Positions 10,903 through 18,980 of a DNA stretch of 64,000 nt are shown here, piece by piece. The stretch spans positions 55,468 through 119,467 of the forward strand of contig CBDEFO010000003.1 in the NCBI GenBank assembly GCA_965237525.1, read 5' to 3'. The translations under genes and the position numbers were made by a program. Origin of the DNA: Candidatus Latescibacterota bacterium. Its GTDB lineage: Bacteria; Latescibacterota; CBDEFO01. The notes beneath the pieces are model-generated. The model did not search any database, had not been told where the DNA came from, and saw nothing but the letters and a program-made list of their open reading frames with translations. Every line of letters starts with the position of its first letter. Position 1 is the stretch's first letter.

Positions 10903-11081
10903 TTGAACCGCCGTAATTGACTCTCAATCTTTCTTTATAAAGATTATGGCAGAACACCGCCACTCGTGCGTGGCGGATGAATACCACTGGAGGAGGAGGG
11001 CATCTTCCAAGGGTGAGGTTTGAAGCCCCGCCCGCGGAGTGCCGATGTCGAGCCGCGCCGTAGGCGGTAGGCGACGTGGTT

Positions 11082-12023
11082 TCACTCTGTCACCTGCTTG
11101 ACGAGTCGGAACTTCTGAATGCGGTTATTCCCCCAATCTGTTACGTAGACGTTGTCGTCTTTGTCTGTTGCCACATCTGTCGGACGTTCGAACTTTCCGT
11201 CGCCGTTCCCCTTCCTTCCCCACTGGAGAAGGAAGTGTCCATCGCTGCCAAAGACCTGGATGCGGTGATTGTAAAAATCCGCTACGTAGATCCTATCTTC
11301 TCCGTCTAAGCCTATACCGGTGGACACGTTGAACCTGCCTTCATCTGTTCCGTAACCTCCCCAGCTCGTAAGAAGTTGCCCTTCACGCGTGAACTTGACA
11401 ATCCTATGATTGTAGGCGTCAGCCACGTAGACAGTACCGTCAGAACCGACAGCTAGATCGGTGGGGTAATTAAATTGTCCGTCGCCTTCTCCGTGCTCTC
11501 CCCATTGACGGACGAATTCGCCATTTCTATCAAACTTTTCTATCCTGTAGTTGTAGAAATCAGCTACATAGATATTCCCCTGGCTGTCCACAGATACGCC
11601 CGCCGGGGCGTCAAAATAAGTGTCCTCCTCTTGCCGCCGGCCAATAGTCCCGATAGAACTCCCGGAGGGGTTGAAGACCTGTATCCTGTCGTTGAAATAT
11701 TCTGCTACATAGAGCTTACTATCCTTCATTTCAATATGCATGGGACGCGCAAGCTCTCCACGGGCATTGCCCTCTTTTCCCCATTCGGCTAGGAAATTGC
11801 CCAGTATGTCAAACTTTTGAATGCGATTGTTCCCACTATCGGAGACATAGACACTTCCGACATCGTCAACAGCGATCCCTATAGGGCCCTGGAACTGCCC
11901 TGGCATTTCTCCTTCTGTTCCCCATTTCTGGACGAAGACGAATTGCAGTTTGTCCTCTTTGGAACAGTAAAGATGGCCTGTCGAAAGGATCAATATTATC
12001 AGCGACAAGATTGGTTGTCTCAT
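11082..12023 (-). CDS. secreted NHL-repeat six-bladed beta-propeller protein
   Basis: 313-aa ORF with a signal-like N-terminus. It has six repeats of the NHL signature (YV.D..N.RIQ.F: YVSDSGNNRIQKF, YVAEYFNDRIQVF, YVADFYNYRIEKF, YVADAYNHRIVKF, YVADFYNHRIQVF, YVTDWGNNRIQKF). Confidence 0.85.
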   Translation of the reverse strand: MRQPILSLIILILSTGHLYCSKEDKLQFVFVQKWGTEGEMPGQFQGPIGIAVDDVGSVYVSDSGNNRIQKFDILGNFLAEWGKEGNARGELARPMHIEMKDSKLYVAEYFNDRIQVFNPSGSSIGTIGRRQEEDTYFDAPAGVSVDSQGNIYVADFYNYRIEKFDRNGEFVRQWGEHGEGDGQFNYPTDLAVGSDGTVYVADAYNHRIVKFTREGQLLTSWGGYGTDEGRFNVSTGIGLDGEDRIYVADFYNHRIQVFGSDGHFLLQWGRKGNGDGKFERPTDVATDKDDNVYVTDWGNNRIQKFRLVKQVTE

Positions 12024-12036
12024 ATTTTCCCTCTTG

Positions 12037-12315
12037 TCAAAGTATCCTCGGCAACCACATGACGATCACCAAGGCGGTGGAGACCCATACTACAAGCACG
12101 CTCAGTCTGTGCCCGTGCCGCTTTACGTACACCAGATAGTGCGCTCTTGCCAAAAGCAGGACAGACAGAGTAAGCAAGAAAGGATAAAACTTTATCGCAA
12201 GGAACCTTGCAGTAGCTACCCCTGCTAACCCGAGCAGGGCAAAGATCGCCGGGACTATTCAACACCAGGGCAGTGCCGCAAGAAGGGCCATCAGGCTCGA
12301 TGCCTTTGTCTTCAT
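12037..12315 (-). CDS. MerT/MerF-like three-TM metal-transport membrane protein with in-frame TGA (Cys-Sec candidate or nonsense mutation)
   Basis: Hand translation gives MKTKASSLMALLAALPWC[TGA]IVPAIFALLGLAGVATARFLAIKFYPFLLTLSVLLLARAHYLVYVKRHGHRLSVLVVWVSTALVIVMWLPRIL*. The TGA (12259-12261) stays in frame and occupies the second position of the MerT CC..P....LG..G motif. The gene sits 12 nt after the HMA gene and 13 nt before the NHL gene. Not in the ORF track. Confidence 0.55.
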
Positions 12316-12327
12316 TGTTCTAATACC

Positions 12328-12867
12328 TTACTTAGTAGCAGAGGACAACATCTTAAACTGTCCAATAGACAGGACATAAGGATGCCCCGCATGGCCTTCG
12401 ACTTTTTCCTTGGAGAGCGTGCCAGTTATCCGAAGGAGCTTGTCCTCGCCTTTGAGCGCCTCTTTGACCTTCTTCAACTGCTCGTTCTGAGCGATCAGAA
12501 AGACGTTCGCGTTCTTTGCAAACTTTAAAACTGTTCTGCCATTATGCTCGGATATACGGCCTTTAACCGTAATCGCGATGTCTCTTGGGGTAAAGCCGCC
12601 GTCCACCACAGCCTTCTTTACATCTTCGATGGAGAGGTTCTTTTTCTCCTTCACAGTCAGTTTGGCTACTCCCTGATCCACTTTGATCTCTAACTTCTCA
12701 ACCCCTTCTACTCTCTTGAGCTTCTTCTCCAAGCCGTAGGCGCAAAAAGGGCACGAAAGACCGTCCACCTTAACTGTAGCCTCTTCTATCTGAGCCGGAC
12801 TCTCCACAGGTACAGCCGACACAATAATAACTGAGAGCAACAAAGAAAGAATTCTTTTTATCGTCAT
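12328..12867 (-). CDS. periplasmic heavy-metal-associated (HMA, MerP/CopZ-like) domain protein
   Basis: Signal peptide, then VKVDGLSCPFCAYGLEKKLKRVEGV, the GMxCxxC-type HMA metal-binding loop. AGGAGG Shine-Dalgarno upstream. Confidence 0.85.
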   Translation of the reverse strand: MTIKRILSLLLSVIIVSAVPVESPAQIEEATVKVDGLSCPFCAYGLEKKLKRVEGVEKLEIKVDQGVAKLTVKEKKNLSIEDVKKAVVDGGFTPRDIAITVKGRISEHNGRTVLKFAKNANVFLIAQNEQLKKVKEALKGEDKLLRITGTLSKEKVEGHAGHPYVLSIGQFKMLSSATK

Positions 12868-12917
12868 CTTGAAACGACCTCCTTTTAACTTTACAGGTTA
12901 ATATTGAGACTTTAGGA

Positions 12918-13863
12918 CTAAAAGATCAGCCATCGAATCCCGCTTACAAAGGCAAAGTCCCTCCCAAGTTGGGTGCCGTTCAGGTCCTGGAGCAGGGGGA
13001 TCTGTATCGATGTATCGATGATTAATGTGCTCAGAGGGATGTATTGTATCCCGGGAGAGAGACAAAATGTGTCCGCCGGAGTCCTCGACTGTCTGTCCAC
13101 TTGCCTCGTTCCTCCGGTTGAACTGCCCGTTTGCCTCTAAATAAAGAGTGGCACAAGACGATGGATAGGTCTCATAGACCGAAGGATATATTCTGTATCC
13201 GACCGCAAGATCGTAATTTAAAGCATCTCCGAATCTGTATTCGTCCTCCTCCCTTTTGAATGTGTAGATGGCGTCTGTGTTGATCCCGAGTCTTCCTACG
13301 CTGTGGGTTAAGATAAGTCCGGCTGAGTAATCTATGGAGCCTGTTCCCAATTGTAGCCCTCTGGGTAGAGGTTCGCCCAACTCATCGATCTCGTCGTGGT
13401 CTCCGATGGGAAGTTTCAGTCCTCCCTTAAACGTAATTCTGGTCGTCTTTCGATGAGCGTCCCGTTGAAGGAGTTGATATTTGAATAAGAGAGAAAGATC
13501 CCCAAAGCCGCTGTCAGACAGAGTGCGTCTTATCCCGCCCTGAACGAGACTCATCTCCTTATCCAGATACGGGATCGCTGCGGCGACTACCATTCTGTTT
13601 GGAATCAATTCGTAGGGAATTATAATAGGAACAGCCACAACTTGTACCTCACGGTCCAAAGGATCAGAGACTTTCGTACTACCCTTTAAGAGCTTCGATT
13701 TCTTTGTCGTTTTAACGAACGTCCTGAGCGCAGCACCCTGGAGGCCGACCACGAACGCTGTCTCAGTGTTGATCGGTGGCCCCTGAGCAAATGTCCCATT
13801 TGGATAAACCATATGAAGAACAACAGAGCACATAACAGATAACAAAACGATGTATCTTCTCAT
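12918..13863 (-). pseudogene. outer-membrane beta-barrel protein (MetA/phenol-degradation-type transporter family), single-base frameshift
   Basis: Track ORF 12898-13905 reads SDSGFGDLSLLFKYQLL and GTGSIDYSAGL, typical of this OMP family. Near 13050-13072 the conserved C-terminus continues in the frame of track ORF 12918-13100 (LSPGIQYIPL...QDLNGTQL...GIRWLIF*, terminal Phe). Likely start is MRRYIVLL at 13863, with AGGAAGGAGG upstream. Confidence 0.65.
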
Positions 13864-13909
13864 AGACACCTCCTTCCTAAGATTACTCCTAAGACCCTCT
13901 GACATTTCG

Positions 13910-14206
13910 TTATCTTGCGAACTTATAGATGATGTCCATCAATTGGTCGTATATTCTATCAGCCTCTTGGCTGTCTTGCGACCTGATGGAATTGGTGACA
14001 CAATTTTCCAGGTAGTTTCTCATCATAATCTTTCCCACCTGCTTTAGACCCTCCTCTGCCGCTGCTATTTGGGTCAGTACCTCCACGCAAGGGCGCTCCT
14101 TTTCTATCATGCCCTGTAATCCTCTCATCTGGCCTTCAATAGATTTAAGGCGTCTGACTGTCTGGTCCTTGCGATCTTGTGAGATTAGCTTGATTTCTAC
14201 GATCAT
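13910..14206 (-). CDS. csoR: CsoR/RcnR/FrmR-family metal-sensing transcriptional repressor
   Basis: 98 aa. RLKSIEGQMRGLQGMIEKERPCVEVLTQIAAAEEGLKQVGKIMMRNYLENC is the DUF156 helical-bundle text, with the conserved Cys (PC...) and C-terminal Cys. It is the first gene of the minus-strand metal operon. Confidence 0.85.
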   Translation of the reverse strand: MIVEIKLISQDRKDQTVRRLKSIEGQMRGLQGMIEKERPCVEVLTQIAAAEEGLKQVGKIMMRNYLENCVTNSIRSQDSQEADRIYDQLMDIIYKFAR

Positions 14207-14223
14207 CTTGTCTCCTTTCGTTT

Positions 14224-14248
14224 ACACCCCCACCCCCTGAGGGTATAT
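14224..14248. promoter_or_regulatory. candidate CsoR operator (GC-rich pseudo-palindrome)
   Basis: On the minus strand, ATATACCCTCAGGGGGTGGGGGTGT lies 18-42 nt upstream of the csoR start. It resembles TACCC-N-GGGGGTA type CsoR boxes. Confidence 0.4.
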
Positions 14249-14674
14249 AGAATATAAGAAACAACTTTAGCGATGTCAAGAAAGATTTTCACGTTAACTC
14301 CAAAATAGTGATCATCTGAGTTCCTGTGATCTTTGGACTCTTACAATGTATCAGGTCAAAACAGTCTGCACAAAATTGTAGAGATCCAAAAGGCAGCCAA
14401 CATACAGGGAGATGAATCCAATTGAGAATGCCTCGCTGTTCCCCACAAGAAGAAGTCGCGAAGCGGGACCAATCGCACCTTTCCACCGACTTAGCATGTA
14501 CGAAAAGTTTTGTCAAATTACTTAATAAAATCAAAATTGTAGTGAAGCGATATATCCTGATTGCGGTAAGACAATGTCGTCTCGGAGGGTTTTCCTCCCC
14601 CGAGCTGTGGCTGATCAGGCTCCCCTACCGTAAGGCTCATTGACGATCTCTTCTGTTTTGCACACTCGTTTGGC

Positions 14675-14703
14675 TTGACATTCTGGGGTGAGTATCGTAT
14701 ATT
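14675..14703 (+). promoter_or_regulatory. near-consensus sigma70-type promoter
   Basis: TTGACA (14675-14680), a 17-nt spacer, then TATATT (14698-14703). No annotated gene follows within 250 nt. Confidence 0.4.
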
Positions 14704-14743
14704 ACGGGTGAATATTATCCCCTAAAGTCCTTGTTGCTTGCTG

Positions 14744-14779
14744 CCCCCGCGGCGGCCCATGCTCCGCGCTTTTCTTTTT
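14744..14779 (+). terminator. possible intrinsic terminator
   Basis: CGCGG (14748-14752) pairs with CCGCG (14764-14768) across an 11-nt loop, followed by CTTTTCTTTTT. The stem is short, so this is weak. Confidence 0.35.
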
Positions 14780-14958
14780 AGACGAAGGTAGATATAGCGA
14801 TTTAGCTTTCTAGATAGCGACCTCATTCCTTCAATCGGGAGGGGTAAAATCCATCTTATGACGGTAGAAAGCTGATGCGTTTCGAGACGTGGAGTTGAGG
14901 AGAGGATCTCGAATACGTTGCGCGGTAGGGATGATCGTTCTTATAGATCCTTAGTAGC

Positions 14959-15609
14959 TTGCCACGTCTGGGTGTGTATATGGACAGGGAGAACACCAGA
15001 AAGCGTCACGAGAAGGCCCGTGAAAGAGAAATCCTGGTGGGTTACGAGATTTCGCGGGAAACTCCAAAGCCGGGCACACCCCTCGAAGAGCGGATAGTCG
15101 AATTTATCCAGAAAAAGCGGAAAACAGGGCATTGCTACATCACATCAGCTAGATATGTTCTGAACGGGTGGATATTCATCGGGCTCTGTCTATGTGTGTT
15201 GCTGCTCATCACCTTCTTTTCGGGATTTGGACGAGCGGTAGTCCTATTCGGGATCGTTACGTCGGTGCTATTCTTCTATTCTCTCCGTAAGCACAGCGGC
15301 TTGAGGGCTGCATTCTGGCTCTTATCTTTCCTGCCGGGCATATGTGTTTTAGCATACTACGGATCTGTGTGGTCGACGGAGCGGTTGCTGACGGCAACCC
15401 TTGGCCCAGGGGGCAAAGGTCCGACTATGGAAGCGTGGCGCCAGATGGCTACGCAGTTGCTCCTGCCGAAGGTGATTCCCATCGACCGTTTGGTGCCGGT
15501 ATGGCTGGGATACCTGACAGGGGCCGGCGCTCTGATGGGCTTGTGGATTGGTGTCCGGCTGGTCCGCTACGGTGCGTCGCTGCAACAGGCGGGTTCCGCG
15601 CGCAGATAA
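14959..15609 (+). CDS. hypothetical membrane protein
   Basis: 216-aa track ORF with a charged N-terminus and 4-5 hydrophobic segments (WIFIGLCLCVLLLITFF, VVLFGIVTSVLFFY, FWLLSFLPGICVLAYY, LGYLTGAGALMGLWIGV). No family recognised. The start may be the Met at 14980. Confidence 0.5.
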   Translation: MPRLGVYMDRENTRKRHEKAREREILVGYEISRETPKPGTPLEERIVEFIQKKRKTGHCYITSARYVLNGWIFIGLCLCVLLLITFFSGFGRAVVLFGIVTSVLFFYSLRKHSGLRAAFWLLSFLPGICVLAYYGSVWSTERLLTATLGPGGKGPTMEAWRQMATQLLLPKVIPIDRLVPVWLGYLTGAGALMGLWIGVRLVRYGASLQQAGSARR

Positions 15610-15628
15610 AAAAGGAAAGTGGGTGTAT

Positions 15629-16498
15629 ATGCAGATTATGCGGTCTTGGATGTTCGTGCCCGGGAATCGGAGTAGGATGATCGATAAGGCTCTCGGCCTG
15701 AAGCTGGATGTCGCGATCTTTGATCTGGAGGATGGTGTGCCGCCAGCCGAGAAGGATGCCGCCCGGGATCTGGTGGCTGCGGCCCTTGGGCGTCCTCTAG
15801 GCGGGCCGTCCCGCTATGTCCGCATCCACGCCGCCCGGAGCGCTGAGATGGATGCGGATCTGCAGACCGCCGTTAGACCCGGGTTGGATGGATTGACATT
15901 GTCGAAGGTGGGATGTCCCGAAGACGTGGTTGCGGTTGACGCGACTCTGAGAGAACGGGAATCCAGGTCCGGACTCCAACCTGGAAGCGTTCGACTGCTG
16001 GCTACAATTGAAAGTGCCCGCGGGCTCATTCAGGCGTCCGCTATCGCGGCCTCCTGTCCGCGACTGGTCGGGCTGATGTTTGGAGCGGAAGATTTCGCCC
16101 TGGATCTGGGGATTTTTGCCCTCCGGGATGGTGAAGCCACAGATATGGTCTACGCCCGCTCGGCCCTCGTCGTCGCGGCGGTCAGCCAGCGACTTCAGGT
16201 TGTGGACAGGATATACGCGAATATCCAGAATCCCGACGGGCTCCTTGCGGATGGGCGCCGGGCCCGCCAGCTCGGCTTTACGGGCAAAGCTCTGATTCAC
16301 CCGAGCCAGATCGAGGCCGTTCACGATGTCTTCTCTCCGACCGCCGATGAGGTGGAATACGCCCAACGTGTGGTGGAGGCCTTCGCGAAGGCGGAGGCCG
16401 CAGGACAAGGGGCGATCGTGGTGGAAGGCCAGATGGTCGATCTGCCGATCGTGGAGAGGGCCCGACGAGTTCTCAGATTGCACGAGATGATGAGATGA
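15629..16498 (+). CDS. CitE-like acyl-CoA lyase (citryl/malyl/citramalyl-CoA lyase family, HpcH fold)
   Basis: MQIMRSWMFVPGN...DVAIFDLEDGV...LLATIESARGL...GLMFGAEDFALDLG...GKALIHPSQI are CitE family hallmarks. The track ORF starts at 15548, but the Met at 15629 follows AAAGGAAAG. Confidence 0.85.
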   Translation: MQIMRSWMFVPGNRSRMIDKALGLKLDVAIFDLEDGVPPAEKDAARDLVAAALGRPLGGPSRYVRIHAARSAEMDADLQTAVRPGLDGLTLSKVGCPEDVVAVDATLRERESRSGLQPGSVRLLATIESARGLIQASAIAASCPRLVGLMFGAEDFALDLGIFALRDGEATDMVYARSALVVAAVSQRLQVVDRIYANIQNPDGLLADGRRARQLGFTGKALIHPSQIEAVHDVFSPTADEVEYAQRVVEAFAKAEAAGQGAIVVEGQMVDLPIVERARRVLRLHEMMR

Positions 16499-17694
16499 GA
16501 CTGCTCGAACATCAAAGCAGGAAACTGCTCTCAAGCTTCGGTCTGGTCTTCACCGAACAGAAGGTGATCGAATCCCTTCAGGAGGCGCAGGCGGCCGTCG
16601 AGGGCGTCGGGCTGCCCGCCGTTCTCAAAGCGCAGGTGCCTTTCGGCGGACGCGGTAAAGCCGGGGCGGTGAAGTTCGCGGAGACCTTGGACGAAGTCGA
16701 AGCCGGAGCCGGGGAGCTGCTTAGAATGGAATTGCGCGGCACCAGGGTGGGGAGGGTTTCGATTGAACCCAAGCTGGATTTTGATCAGGAGTTCTACGTC
16801 GGCATCGCCTGGGACACGGTAGAAAAGCTGCCCCTTGCCCTGTTGAGTCCCAGCGGCGGGGTCGATGTCGAATCCTCCCAGACAGATCGTCTTGTACGCC
16901 GTTCGTTTCATCCGTGGAGGGGGCTTGCGCCGTATGAAGGACGAGGGATGGCGTCCCAACTCGGCCTGAGGGGGAAAACGCTCGTCCGGTTGGGAGAGGT
17001 CCTCGCAACGCTGTCCGAAGCCTTCCTGGCATGCGATGCGGTCACTATGGAGATTAATCCTCTGGTTATTGCCGAAAATGGCGCTTCGGTGGGCCTCGAT
17101 GCGCACGTGGAAATTGAGGACGACGCTGCATATCGGCAGAATAAAAGATTAGAACCGTTAGGTGATCTGACGCAGAGCGCAACGGGCCACCCTCCAACGC
17201 CTCTGGAGCTTGAGGCACAGCGTATCGATGCAATGGATCACCGAGGTGTTGCGGGCCGCCTTGTGGAATTTGACGGCGACTTGGCCCTGCTTATCGGTGG
17301 GGGCGGCGCCAGTCTGACCGTTTTCGACGCGATCAAGCTCTATGGGGGGAGACCCGCCAACTACTGCGAGGTGGGGGGAAACCCGACTGAGGAGAAGGTG
17401 GCCGCTTTAAGTGCGCTTTTATTATCCAAACCAGAAGTTAAGCGGATGGCCGTTATTATGAATGTGGTCAACAACACTCGTTCAGACGTCATGGCCCGCG
17501 GGGTTCTCATGGGAATTGAGAGGGCGGGGAGAAACCCTTCCGATACCATCAGCGTCTTTCGCGTCCCCGGCTCGTGGGAACAGGAGGCGCGGGAGATCAT
17601 GGCCACGGCTGGGGTCGAGGCGCAGGGGCGCGACGTATCGTTGAATGAGGCCGCCAGATTGGCCGTAGAAGGAAATATGGCTCATGTTGCTTGA
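16495..17694 (+). CDS. succinyl-CoA synthetase beta-subunit-like ADP-forming CoA ligase (ATP-grasp subunit)
   Basis: MRLLEHQSRKLLSSFGL...VLKAQVPFGGRGKAGAVKF is the SucC/MtkA N-terminal signature. Its start overlaps the CitE-like stop by 4 nt. Confidence 0.85.
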   Translation: MRLLEHQSRKLLSSFGLVFTEQKVIESLQEAQAAVEGVGLPAVLKAQVPFGGRGKAGAVKFAETLDEVEAGAGELLRMELRGTRVGRVSIEPKLDFDQEFYVGIAWDTVEKLPLALLSPSGGVDVESSQTDRLVRRSFHPWRGLAPYEGRGMASQLGLRGKTLVRLGEVLATLSEAFLACDAVTMEINPLVIAENGASVGLDAHVEIEDDAAYRQNKRLEPLGDLTQSATGHPPTPLELEAQRIDAMDHRGVAGRLVEFDGDLALLIGGGGASLTVFDAIKLYGGRPANYCEVGGNPTEEKVAALSALLLSKPEVKRMAVIMNVVNNTRSDVMARGVLMGIERAGRNPSDTISVFRVPGSWEQEAREIMATAGVEAQGRDVSLNEAARLAVEGNMAHVA

Positions 17695-18562
17695 CCCACA
17701 GGCGGGAATTGTGGTGCAGGGCATTACGGGCAGAGAGGCGAGGGGGATGGTGGAGGACTCGCTGGCCTACGGGAGCAGAATTGTGGCCGGTGTAACGCCC
17801 GGAAAGGGCGGACAGAGCGTTCATGGGGTGCCTGTGTACGATACGGTTGCGGAGGCCGTCGATCGGTGGCATCCGACCGTCAGCATCATCTCCGTGCCGG
17901 CTCCCGCCGTGCTGGACGCAGCATTAGAAACCCTCTCAGCTGGTATTCGGCTCTGTCTGATCATGACCGAACGGGTACCGCGCCTGGACACGAGCAGATT
18001 ACTGGCAGCGGCAGGGGCAGCGGGCTGCAGAGTCATCGGCCCCAATACGCTTGGGCTCATCCGTCCGGACATCGTCAAACTGGGCACCATCGGAGGGCGC
18101 GTGGACAATGTGCGCCGTTCGTTCACTCCGGGTCGTGTAGCCATCCTCTCCCGCAGCGGGGGCATGACTACGGAGATCGCCAGCTACTTATCGAGTCGCG
18201 GCATCGGCCAGAGCATAGCGATCGGTGTGGGTGGGGACTCGATTGTCGGTTCCGATTTCAGAGATCTGATCGAACTGCTCGAAGACGATCCGCGCACGGA
18301 CTCCGTCGTCATCTATGGGGAACCCGGCGGCTCCGCGGAGGAGGAGCTGGCAGAGCGGCTAAGGAAGAAGCCGAGTCGACTGCACATCATCGCATTTTTG
18401 TCCGGCCGTTTCGTGGATGATCTGGAAGGCATGCGGTTCGGACATGCTGCAGTGATTGTCGAAGGAGGACGCGGCTCCGTTCGAGGCAAGGCGAAGGCCC
18501 TGCGTGAGGCGGGAGTATTCGTAGCGGACACCTTTGAAGAACTCTGCGAAGCGCTTCGCTAA
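17684..18562 (+). CDS. succinyl-CoA synthetase alpha-subunit-like CoA ligase subunit
   Basis: VVQGITGREA, GVTPGKGG, GPNTLG, SRSGGMT, and a phosphohistidine loop MRFGHAAVIV. Overlaps the beta-like gene by 11 nt. Confidence 0.85.
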   Translation: MLLDPQAGIVVQGITGREARGMVEDSLAYGSRIVAGVTPGKGGQSVHGVPVYDTVAEAVDRWHPTVSIISVPAPAVLDAALETLSAGIRLCLIMTERVPRLDTSRLLAAAGAAGCRVIGPNTLGLIRPDIVKLGTIGGRVDNVRRSFTPGRVAILSRSGGMTTEIASYLSSRGIGQSIAIGVGGDSIVGSDFRDLIELLEDDPRTDSVVIYGEPGGSAEEELAERLRKKPSRLHIIAFLSGRFVDDLEGMRFGHAAVIVEGGRGSVRGKAKALREAGVFVADTFEELCEALR

Positions 18563-18703
18563 GAACTAAGACGATGAAACGTAATTCCGCGCTGGGAGAT
18601 TCCTGCCAGGCTCGAACTCAGACGTAAAGATACGACGTTTTGTCAAGATGGCACCCGCTTTATCCGGGCCCTTTTTGAACGCTTATGTGACTATGGAACT
18701 TGT

Positions 18704-18743
18704 CCCCGATTGAAGCCCCAATAGATTCAATTGGGGGTCGGGG
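18704..18743. repeat. CCCCGATT-type palindromic element (compound copy)
   Basis: CCCCGATTGAAGCCCCAATAGATTCAATTGGGGGTCGGGG has an outer pairing CCCCGA/TCGGGG and an inner pairing CCCCAAT/ATTGGGG. It is intergenic, at the edge of the high-GC block. Confidence 0.6.
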
Positions 18744-18980
18744 AAACCCAGAGCCTTCAGCCGAGAGCGAAGCAAAGTGCTGCGCAGGGTCCGCCAAGTG
18801 ATCTCGTAGACAGTGCGGTTTCCCATGGTAAGCTGACTACCCTCTATGATCTTGTCAAAACTATTTTGAACCGATACTTAATCCACGGGATCCCGTGTGT
18901 AGATCAGAATACGGAGAGAAAATGTGCAGGAAGACCTGAATATGAATAGAAATAGAGGAAGGATAATCTGGGCAGAGCTC

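Noticed and set aside
10957-10976. Hairpin CCGCCAC-N6-GTGGCGG as the terminator of the metal/NHL operon
   Set aside because: The stem is fine, but on the transcribed (minus) strand it is followed by TGTTCTGCC, not a U-run. It also lies about 105 nt past the stop. That is too weak to call.
15797-16534. Long antisense and off-frame ORFs in the GC-rich blocks (for example 15797-16534, 16531-17106, 43445-44056, 48755-49351, 61368-61973, 1802-2266)
   Set aside because: They overlap strongly supported genes on the other strand or frame. Their Arg/Pro/Ser/Gly-rich low-complexity composition is typical of GC-driven open frames.
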